Assembly: GCA_011109175.1 (NCBI GenBank)
Contig: RDEW01000039.1
Location: 217,681 to 281,680, forward strand
Direction: 5' to 3'
Length of the DNA: 64,000 nucleotides
Origin: Dicyema japonicum
Lineage: Eukaryota; Animalia; Dicyemida
The position numbers were made by a program, and so were the translations under genes. The notes under the pieces are model-generated. The model was not told where the DNA came from. It did not search any database and saw only the letters and a list, made by a program, of their open reading frames with translations. Positions 53,601-64,000 of the stretch are shown piece by piece. Position 1 is the first letter of the stretch; each line of letters starts with the position of its first letter.

Positions 53601-56113
53601 GGATATTGCATACAGTTGTTATGATGTCCTCTCTGTAACAATGGTCCTGGGTTAGAATCCCCCATTGGCTACTCGGTCGAAGGTTATGTTCTGTCTCTTG
53701 CTGCGTTCAATCATTATGGTGTCGATGATCCACCTATTTCAGGAGGCGCACAGTCCCAGGACTTGTTTTGCTTTTGCTGGTGGACACAACTGTGGTTATG
53801 GATAAGCTTATGGTTGTAAGGAGATCTATCTCTGCGACTGAGATCATGAAAACTGGATACGCTTAATTAGTTGTTTGTGTTAAATCATTGGTTTATCAGG
53901 GGTAAGTAAATAGACTAATTTTTTGGAAAACCAGGAACTGAGAAGTGTCAGGAGCGAAGTTGGAGAAAAAAGGATAGTCTCTATCCAAGTTGACGTAGAA
54001 GGACTCCATCGTTAATGGATGGAAGTTGAGTAGCTCATTTAGATTGAATGAATGACTCGTATATTAAGGTTAATTCTATTTAAAACTACTATTATTTAGG
54101 GAGAGAAAGTCAAAGTGATCACATCTCTCTTTGTAGTCTCCTCACCTCCGGTCTGTTTTCTCACAAAATCCCAGCACTATCTGTATGTTCTCGTTGCTGG
54201 ACGATGAAAATAGGAAATAAATTGCGAGTCTGTTTTTACTAACGAGGATATCGAAGGGATCGGTTTGTCACAGAGCTGAAAAGCTGCTATAGGTAGTTGG
54301 TACCTGTGAATCAAAGCCATTGATCTTTGGGTTTAATTCGTTCCAATATTGACTTCATCTTTGCCCAGTGTTCTTCCCTCGTGCCCGCACATGCTTGTAC
54401 AGAGCGACTAACTGAATTTACTGTGCCGTATCCCGGAGTCCAGTCTCATAAAGACCTCCAAAGAAAAGAGGGCGCTATTCTCATAAGGCTATAAATCTAT
54501 TTCTTTAGAGCTGTCATCACACTATCAGCAAGTCGTTTGATGGCAGTCAACCTCCTCTATGTTAGTGAGGTTGGGGAAACTAACTAAATAACTAAAATTA
54601 AAAAAATAAGTTGTTGTCATTAAACATTCGATCAATGGTAATGATTCGATATCAAATTCATCATAACATCCTACATGAGTATAATTTCACAAGACCGATG
54701 CATTGATTTGATCACTAAAATAACTTGACACTATTTTTAAATAAAAATTTCGATCTCTTCTAACTTTGAAATAATATTGAAGTAGTAATTTAGTTGTCTT
54801 TAATGAGGCTCTTTCAGTGACTCTTTCTGTTCCATGTTCCTTGACATTCTCAGTATATTGAGCAGATCATCACCTTGGCTTGCACTACATGGATAACAAA
54901 TTCAGCAAAAAGCCACCTATGAGAATCAACGACTTCCAGTCTTTAGTAATTGAAACTCTCAATATCGTCCCCATGGAAGACCCTAGTCCGAAAACAAGAC
55001 AACTTGTACGACTATGCAGCTTGATATGTGGAAGAACTGAAATATATTTGGTGACCATTGAAAATCGCCGCAATGAAAAATCTATTCGAACCAGTCTGTC
55101 AGAGTTAATAAACAGTACCATTGGTGTGGTTGTGGGCACAACCAAGTAAGGTACAGTGAGACCTTAATTTTGTGATTGTCTCAGAATTACATACAATTGT
55201 GTAATTCACAATAAACAAGACCATTTTGGCTGTTCGTGATATTTATTATTTTTCTCGCTTTTTCGTTAGCCTTGATTCTACAAAACGATAATTATTTATG
55301 ACCAATGTCCTTACAGGAGGAATATTGGTAACTTTATTATCCCCGAACCACTCCAACTGCAACTACTCGTGATTGCATAGCTCTGAAGCATTTACTATCT
55401 CAATTCCCTCGTAAAGGATTCAACACCTCATCTACTTCCCCCAATGAACAGAACAAACTCGGGAGACAATTGATACGTCAAGTCTATTATCCTAACGAAC
55501 GAGGCTATCTAGTCAACCATTAAAGTAATTCAAGCATAATCGAAGCCGTTTGTTCTCTCTTCTCAACCTAACTGGAGGGCTTCTTACAATGGCGGATGTG
55601 GATATGCGTAGTGCTTGAAAGGATGGGTGCCACTCACCGTGGGAACTGGATATACTTTAATTAGGCGTTAGTTAGTAAATTAAGTAACCCCTGTCTCACT
55701 AACTTTTAGGAGACCAGAGGCTATTAAGTAGTACGCAGCAAATGTAGTCTCTCCCATAGATCGTTCAACTTAGCATGGTAATCGAACAATGTACTAGTCC
55801 GAGACATTCAAAATGTGATTTACTGTCAACTTGGAGAGGTTGCAAAAGGAACAGATGACATCTTTTACATCATCCAGTTTACGTACATCGGTAAAAAGGA
55901 GTGGTCGCCACAGAAAGAGTGAGGACATAAAGTGCACTAGAGCTATACAATGGTATATAAAAGTGCGTCCAATCAATAAACCACAAGGTTTCAAGGACAA
56001 AAACAAATACTTTTTAGGAGATGGGCTTATAATTTGAATGTAAAACTATTGTTAATTCTAAGCGCCTTAAAGTCTTGATAATAATGCTTGGATGAGTATT
56101 ATAACACTTTTAA

Positions 56114-56275
56114 TAAACATCCTCGTAGCGCAATGTAACGAGTGTCGGGCAAGCGGCATGATGGTACCTAGTTCGACTCCCGCTGCTATACATTCAGGTT
56201 GAAGGTTCCACGCATCTACGATGCATTGGCTTGACGACTGACGCAATGAACATTTCACATCAAGAAAAAGGGAGC
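56114..56275 (+). mobile_element. tRNA-derived SINE, same family as 6836-7042
   Basis: gtagcgcaatgtaacg ... gtgtcgggc ... agttcgactcc cgctgct ... gaaggttccacgcatctacgatgc ... caagaaaaa. Confidence 0.65.
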
Positions 56276-56589
56276 TAAACCAAACTAATTAGTGATCACG
56301 GTAGTCTTCAACAAGAGCGAGAGTTTCTGAAGTGCTTCTTTATAGTTCCCACCGTTTTTTGTATCAACTACGTTCTTCTTTTAGTTCCTCTAAGAGAAAT
56401 TAGCTTCTTTAAAAATTTACGCGTTTCATTTGTTTCTAACGGTGATCAAAAGAAACGAGCAGAATCGAGGCCGCAAAGGGGTGTTGGAAACAATCAAATT
56501 AATTAAGCGGTCAACCACATTTTTAGTTAAGATGGTGACGCGCCTCAATTGCACCATTTGTAAAGGTGAGTGAAACCAAGTAGTCATTT

Positions 56590-56935
56590 GTTAAAAAAAA
56601 GTTATTAATAATAATAATCACACCAGAGACCACGGTCACACAAACTAACTAATCAAGTGATCCCAGCACGCTCTAGCAGGGACCTCATCTTGATTCGATG
56701 CTCCTCCCTTGACCCCACACAAGCACGTATCGTTCGAGTGACTGGACCTTCACAGTCACGACGGCGCATTCCATATTCCATGGTTCACTCGTATCAAGTC
56801 TTCAAGAGGCATTAATGGCTGGAACTCTCCAGAAATCAAGCGTTCCGTGATTTTGGAAGCTCTTTCCGGCTAACCTCGATCTACATTCGTCCAAGAGATG
56901 AATGGGCCCCAAATACCACATGCATAAGAAATGCA
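56590..56935 (-). mobile_element. jockey/I-group LINE 3' end with (ATT)n tail
   Basis: ISYACGIWGP...EHRIKMRSLLERAGIT*. This is an inverted copy of 39760-39978. Confidence 0.75.
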
Positions 56936-57049
56936 TGGTTCAATAAATTGTTTAGTACGCAAAATGTTAAATTAATTAAATTATATTAAATTATTATATT
57001 AATTTTTTAATTAAAATAAATTCCCGAAAGTTTAATCTGCTACTATTTC

Positions 57050-60000
57050 ATGTATGAACCGCAGCAGGATGAATTCGACATCAAACGCAAGGAACAGAAC
57101 GCCTACAAATATTTGTGCTATTTAGAGGAGGCAAGAAAGTCTTATTGCTTTGATTTACTAGGCAGTTGGATTTCTGAGCATTTAAATGTTCAGGATCTTC
57201 CAGAGGTGACTGAGTTCGAGGAATTTCTAAGAGACGGAGTCATCCTGGCCAAAATAAGTAATCGTTTCGACCCCGTTTTGGTACCCGTTAACAAAATATT
57301 TGACATTGATCAAAAATACTACAAGGTTGGATGTATTAATATTTCAGAGTAATCGACTGCATTTTCGTCACACTGATAACATCAACCACTATTTTAGATT
57401 TCTATCAAAAATCGGCCTTCCATCGGTAATACTTAATAGTACCATTTTTAACCAAATACCTCAGCTATATTCTTATCTACCTTACTTATCTTCATTCCAT
57501 GAATATTTTAATTTACCCGCTTTCTTTTTTTATTATTTATATGCATTTTATTTATATTGTTAATATGATATCTTAACTATTTTTGATTATAGAATCAACT
57601 CTTATTATCAAAAAGTATGCTATTTATATTATCATCGAGATTGCCTGTATATTCTAACCTCTCTCCTTATCATTGTCACTGTATTAGAGGGGTAGGTGAT
57701 TACACAATTATTGTCTATCATTACTCAATTTGCTTATGTAAAATCAAACGTCCTTTCTCATTATGTGACTGTGGCACTTATAAAGCAGTGCTTCATTATG
57801 TATTCTATCGCTTAATTATAGTATTTCTTACACTCTTATCGCACTCTATGATCATTCTTGTATTAGTACTCCAAAGTAATACATTTGCATTTCAGCCAGA
57901 TAAGTGGGCTATAACTCAATCCCTTGCATATTATATTTTAGAAACCCAATCACCTAATTTATAAGTGTGCTTATTTATGGTAATCTTATTAGCATTTGTT
58001 GTATTATATTAATCTGCGTTTATCCTAATTTTAAGTTTTTTTATGCTCAATTAAGAATTTTTATTTAATGATTTAATGGCGAATGATCTAATTCAAGCCA
58101 CATGTGTTATTTTTTCTTTTCTAATTAATCCTATAGCCCTCTCACACAATTTTGCCACCTATAAAAATCTATTAATATTAAATTATTAAAAACATATTGC
58201 ACGTAATTTGACCGAAATTTCCCGACATTAATTTAAATTTCTAAACGAAATTTTTAATCTACCAAATTATTTTAGGTATTCTATCCGATTACTACCGACA
58301 TTTACGAGATGAAGAATATGCCAAAGTGCATATTCTGTCTCCATGCCCTAAGGTTGAGCTAAATTATTATTCCAGCTACTTCCTTTACAGAAAAGGACTC
58401 GCCAGGGAGATCCACAGCCTCTACGGAGTCGTCGAATTCTCAAGTACTGGTTCTTTTCACTTTTTCAGAGGAACAACTTAACGCAGTTCAACAACAGCTT
58501 GAAAAATATAAAATTGAACTGCCAAACTTTTCAAAAATATCAGGGATTCTGGCAGACGAGGTAATTCCATAATAATACCCAGTTATCGGTCGACGAGGCA
58601 GAAAGTAGAATGACAATCTCAATTTAGTGCACGCGGCAATTATAGCCATTAACGAGTCCTTTGATAGGAATGCTGGCCTCTACGAGCTCTGTGAACTCTT
58701 GAAGAACCCCCTTGCAAGACTTGTGAACGAGGTACCAAATGATATCGAGCAATACCACCCGGATATTTTCCATACTAAGCAACAGAAGGTATATTTAGCC
58801 ATTCCTAAGGTAGGCTCAACAGGGGACTTATTCAGAAGACGACATTTACTCAGTCTACTTGACGAGGAGTGAAATACAGGCTAGACTGGATTTTGTTAAC
58901 AGTCTCGACGCTTTTAACTTCTAGTCGTCAATTTGATGAACAAAATTATCGAGCATGTACAGAATGAAGACGTCGAGGCCCTGATGGGAGCTCTAAAGAA
59001 CCCAGTTCTAGGGATCTCTAAACTGAATCTCAATTTGGGAGATTTTACATGGAATTTCTTCGTAATGTCTGTGATGTAAGGCACGTGGTCATTCTTAGAT
59101 TAACGAGGGACTGTTTCCTGGGATTCAGGATGTCTACAAGGCGGTTGATAGTGGAAATAAGGCTCTAAATGCTACTTTGGAACGTTTGAATTCATTTAAT
59201 TTTAGTTGGGAACGACCTCATATTGATGAACAGTCTCATTGATGGAGGATGTTCCGACCCACGTGGGCTTAGTGACTTGCAGAACATACTGAAGAAGCAT
59301 TTCACGTCCAGTCTGGACGACTGCTCCTATCTTGACCAATTGGTGGCCTGCAAGAGTTAAATTCCATATAATCTGTTAGAATCCAAAATGGGGGGAGCAC
59401 CTCAGAAGTGGGTTATGGTACACATGGTGGGAAACAATAGCCCATTGTATATTTTGACCTAAAAAACCCCCTTAAATGGACATTGAATAAACCCGCCGAC
59501 TTTTCAGAGTCGAATTGGCTGACTGTGCTGGACATTCAAGTAGTTTTTGGATGTAACTGAGAATTCGATCACGACTGTCAATTCTGCTTACAAACGTGAC
59601 CTTTTCTATCAGGCGAATTTATCATCAATTGCTACCCTCCAGTCTGTGATCAAATGCCTCTTGACTAGGCGTAGTTTACTGAATTATGGCAAAAGATTGT
59701 CTTCTCTAAACAAACAAGGGTTGATTTTACAAGTATGGGGTATCTCATTACTTTTCAGAGAGCCATTCGAGCCCACATAGTACATACGGAATACTCGAAG
59801 TACTGTGAGTCCTTAAAAATATCCACAAAGGATGTATCTGTTGTATTAGATTGTCTTGTCATATTTAGATGCAATCAGCCGTAAGAATGCTTCTCGTTCG
59901 TCTCCCATTTGCTAGAAAATGCAATATTACCGGGAAAATGTCGGTTTTACAATTACTTCTAGATCGACCTTATCACAAAGATCAGGCTGTCTTCAGAGGA

Positions 60001-62649
60001 GCCCGAGCCAAGCGAAAGTTCAACTCTATTTGTAATTGATCTACTTACCCCAACAGTGTACGACGATAACCCACCCTTCACCGTTTTACAGGAATTCGTC
60101 CACCTCCTAGACTTCCGAGATCAGGATTATAGCGAAGAGACTGAACTCCAGCAGTTGAGAATGGAGATTGTGCGGATGATGGATTTCAACCAGAAACTGC
60201 AGTCACAGGTTGATGCCTTGGACACGGAAGTGGGACTCCTGGTTAGGAATAAGATCACAATTATGGTTTCCCCCTCTCGTTTTATTGCAGAATGACCACC
60301 AGAGAAATGCCCGATTAAGCAAACTGAGGACTCAAAGCATAACTGAGTCTGTGGTTGTCCCGGAAAAGGAGACGGCAGATTTGCTGGATTCTGTGGGCAA
60401 GATAGTATACATTCTCCAGGTTTTTCGTAGTCTCTAGCTCCCAGACTAAGCCAACTTACTTCTATCGCCTCCTGATACAGAATCAATTCAACAGGCCCAT
60501 CCACAACAAGCTGAAGGGCCTGATCATGACCTGTTTCAACCATGGAACACACAAACGAGAGGAATACCTGCTAACAAAGTTCCTCTTCTACTCCGTTTGG
60601 CAGGAAGTCAAGTTTGACATTTTATCTGATTCCAGAGAACTCGGGGAACAAGGAATCGAGGGTTTTTTGGGGACGGAGAACTACATATTTGATATCGGGA
60701 TCCAAATGATGAGGTTCTGTCCTGTTAATGTCAGAGCCCAACGATACAGTGACTACAGAGTGAAGGACTTTATTGAGGAACTGCTGAAGCCTGTTCTGGA
60801 CAACCACGTGTTGCGGATTAAGACTGACCCCGTGTTGATCTATAAGAACTGTGTTTTCCAGATGGAGGCCGAGGAGGGGGTTCCCAGTGGTCTTCCCTAC
60901 AATGTGACTGTGAAGGAGGCCCTTGAGTACGGAAACGTGAAAGATCTCCTCAAGGCTTCCTACAAAAGGCTTATCTCGGAGGTCGTGGGAGTCCTGAACA
61001 AGATATTTGACAGGATCGATGTCATCCCCTACGGGGTGCGATTCATGGCCAAGACTTTGCTCAATATACTAAGGAACTACAGGCCAAAACTCGATGAGAA
61101 CACGATATGGATGGCCATCAGCAACATCGTGTACTTTCGGTACCTCAATATGGCTGTGGTGGTGCCAGAGTCATTCGGGGCCTTCACAAGCTCTATTGAC
61201 ACGATAATAAGCAACGACCAGAGGTTCAATCTGGCTGAAGTGGGTCGTCTTATACAGATTTTGGCCTCGGGAGCTCATTCAGAGGAGGTTTCTAAGGGAT
61301 TCTTTGTTCGTGGTTTGGATTCATTTTTCGATGAGTGGCGACCTAAATTTAGGTTTTTTCCTCGCTTAATTCTAGAAAATTTATCCAGGATGTATGCAAC
61401 GTGGACGACCCGGATGTTCACTTCCACTTTGACGAGTTTATGGATGCTCGACTACTGTCTTCTCCACAAATAACAATATCTTCCCATAATCTCATAGAGT
61501 TCTACAATGTACTTGGTAGTTGTTAGATTTTAGATAATGAACGAATTTACTGCAACATTTGAGGAAAAAGACGACCCTATATTGACCATTCTCCAAGATA
61601 TTGGCCCTATAGACTCTATGAGACTGATTGGGAATGACAGTTTGCCTTTGCTGTTCATTGTTAGGTCCTTCTGAGATATTAGAACGTCTAATATCGACTG
61701 AGCATGTGATTACCCTGAAGAACACCTCTGACGGGCTGAATGAAGGCCTAACAAAACAACAGGGGATGTTTATTAGGTAATAGATCCCCTGAAGTCTAGA
61801 TGTAAGATAATGCTTTGTAAGATAATATGCTGTCAGCCTGGAAATTCCGTGGAAGAGATTCTGGCTGTACCGGCGACTGAGTCACAGGAGAAACTCCATC
61901 AGTTTTTGTGTTCAAAGCAGATAAATATGCCGGAATCTCCATCCTCCGAAATTTTCGACATGGCACGTTCCATGAGTCTGGAGGAACTGAAACGATTGGT
62001 TGAGCGGGATACGGCAACTTTGGTGAATGAAGGGTACATCACCGCAGAATCTGGATACCAGGTGTTTGTGAGGAATATTATCTCGGTTTTTTTCCGTTTT
62101 TACTTTAGGATATTCGGAATAAACGGAAACACGCCCTTGTACGACGGAAGGAGATCTCCCACATAAAGATGACTCTGAAGGACCTGGAGTCTAAGAGACA
62201 GTTTAAGTTGGAGCAGTTGGATTACTACAATAAGTACATTCAAGCAATTTTGGAGTCCCAGCCAAAGAGGCTCAAAAAGTGGGGTTTTGGTGATGATTCC
62301 ACAGAAACGTGTTTTCACGTGCTCGGAAACCGAAGCTGAAGTATGTGGGGACCAAGCTGTGGGAGAAGGGAGTGCTGATGTCCGTGAGTGGAATCGTTGA
62401 GAGAGAGTAAGATGTTGTGTTAGATGCAGTTTCAAAAAGCTGCAGATTGTGATTGAAGAAGGAGAGGAGGCTGGGAGCTTTACGGTAACACCGCTGTATT
62501 TGGGGGTGGCTATGAAAGTGACGGGGTTTACGTTTCAGAACCTGTTGGAGTTGCAGAGAGGAGGCATTGGGACTATTTTGTTGGATAGGGCGACTTGTAA
62601 TGTTAATTTGTTGATTCACCTAATCAACAAAAAAATTTATTCCAATTGA
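57050..62649 (+). CDS. IQGAP: IQGAP-family Ras GTPase-activating-like scaffold protein, 27 exons (25 introns of 22-27 nt plus one of 850 nt)
   Basis: Spliced translation gives the CH domain (EEAR-NWISEHL...FLRDGVILAK...LHFRHTDNI...IGLPS|VFYPITTDIYEMKNMPKCIFCLHAL), the IQGAP repeat (LSVDEAEMHAAIIAINE), IQ motifs (ITKIQAVFRGARAKRKF), the GRD (YILQ|TKPTYF...REEYLL...YFRYLNMAVVVPESFG) and RasGAP_C (KLWEKGVL...NVNLLIHLINKKIYSN*). Introns: 57139-57165, 57326-57347, 57426-58275, 58353-58375, 58444-58468, 58561-58582, 58605-58627, 58789-58813, 58902-58924, 59076-59098, 59184-59205, 59356-59379, 59540-59561, 59733-59758, 59843-59868, 59940-59962, 60032-60056, 60266-60290, 60420-60444, 61353-61375, 61509-61533, 61640-61664, 61777-61799, 62086-62108, 62279-62304, 62407-62429. 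Four residual 1-nt frameshifts (about 59045, 59448, 59918, 59983) look like base losses. Confidence 0.93.
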
Positions 62650-64000
62650 TTTTTGATAAAATTAATGGTTTTTTGGTTCATTTTCACTTTTTTTATTTTC
62701 ATTAGTTTATTAGGCACTGGGAACAAATAAAAAACCAGATGCCAAGAGAATGTGAGCATTGTTCGAGTGATGTCAATTTCTTATAGAAGAGCACTCAGCT
62801 CCGTTCATCCGAATTAAGACTCGAGTGGTGTATTTTTGAGTATTTCTTTTCTGAAGTTCACTGTTCCGTTACTCTATGCTTTTTTCTTGATGGCCACAAA
62901 CTTATGGAATTAGTCCATGAGATGTACATGAATTAATACCGAAAATTTGATAACCCTAGTTCTTTATAATGTTGATTGATATTTTAGAAAAGTTAGAAAC
63001 CTCATTAGGTCACTTGGATTTAGGATATCAGTCGAATATTGTTTAAGTTAGTGGGAGTAACTACATACTAATACCACAGCTACTTTAATATAGCACCAAT
63101 TTATGATATGCTGTCAGGAGACACACAGGTTCTGTATTACTTTTAGGATAATTGACCCCACTTTCTCCAAAAGCAGGTGACCCCCATGAAAACCATGGAA
63201 TGCAGAACGGGGAAGTTGAAAGCAGACTTGATTGATTCCACAGAAAACAGCTGAGAAAATAAAAATTTAAAGATAACCTAAAAGCTTTGTGTAATTACAT
63301 CCACCTCAGGATTACTCAGAATTTTTTTAATATTTTTAACCACGTGGTGCTGCCCGTTTGGAAACCTGTATTAAAGATTAAAGTAGCGAGTTTTGAAAAT
63401 TATCATTGAAAGTCACGTGTCATGATAAAGTTGACAGGCATTACTTATCAAAGAATTTCCAGAACTTAAAGTCTTATTATCTGGTTCTCTGGAACGTTAA
63501 GGTCCCGACAAGTATGCCAGTCATAAAGGGCCACCTTCGTGCAAGTGCGTACCCCAAAGAGCTTATTTTACGTTTAAAACGCGATTAAAAGGGGATCCGA
63601 CAATCAACTAGGACTGTGCTGCATGGGGGACAAACAAAAGAAGATCGAAGACTTTTTATAACAACAGTAGACTTTAAACAACAGTCAACAGAAACTATAA
63701 GGTTGTCCACTTGGCTGTTGATACAACTCCTTTCGAGGTACTTGTGAGAATTGTGGCACTAATGGCACCTTAAAAGTGCTAATTTGTCGTTGAATCTTGG
63801 TTAATTAATCAAGGGCTTGATAGCTATCATCAGTGGAGTTGGTGACATACCTAGATTCCAAAAAATGTATACTTGACCTTCTCGTGAACATGGACTAAGT
63901 GATGGACTTGGGAGACATCGGAAAACAAATTCTGAACAAAGGAAGTGTCAGAGCTGTAGGACCTTAGAGGATCATTTGTCTTGTATGATCTTTAGGATCA

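Noticed and set aside
54885-55145. MFS-transporter-like hydrophobic ORF (LVFGLGSSMGTIL..SLILIGGFLLNLLS)
   Set aside because: The resemblance is too short, and I could not extend it with tiny introns into a coherent gene.
56114-56190. tRNA gene (also 6975-7042)
   Set aside because: A- and B-boxes are present but I could not fold a full cloverleaf, and both continue into a shared non-tRNA body, so they are SINE heads.
57617-57964. 115-aa ORF as an independent gene
   Set aside because: It lies within the long IQGAP intron, has the composition typical of translated AT-rich DNA, and shows no recognisable domain.

Overview
AT-rich eukaryotic genomic DNA. About 57 kb is a graveyard of transposons and repeats, and one clearly recognisable host gene follows it. 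The gene (57050-62649, +) is an animal-type IQGAP (CH, IQGAP repeats, WW-like, IQ, RasGAP-related and RasGAP_C regions). I can assemble it only by removing 26 GT-AG introns: 25 are 22-27 nt and one is 850 nt. The tiny introns have very weak 5' splice sites and a marked deficit at 24 nt (3n avoidance). This architecture suggests a genome-reduced animal parasite such as a dicyemid or myxozoan (inference only). Mobile elements: a near-full-length R4/Dong-like RLE non-LTR retrotransposon (22.9-26.4 kb) with a 5'-truncated copy and a diverged relative, a Buster-type hAT with TIRs and an 8-bp TSD inserted in a CRE remnant, and remnants of Tc1, pogo, hAT, Helitron, CRE, RTE and jockey/I-like LINEs. 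There is also a tRNA-derived SINE family. Not explained by known TEs: two dispersed families of decayed protein-like sequences, a six-copy module with an internal palindrome, and 175-176-bp tandem arrays inside a duplicated block. Single-base losses in short runs break both IQGAP and the retroelement ORF, so many apparent frameshifts may be assembly errors. All family assignments come from motif recognition by eye; no database search was run.
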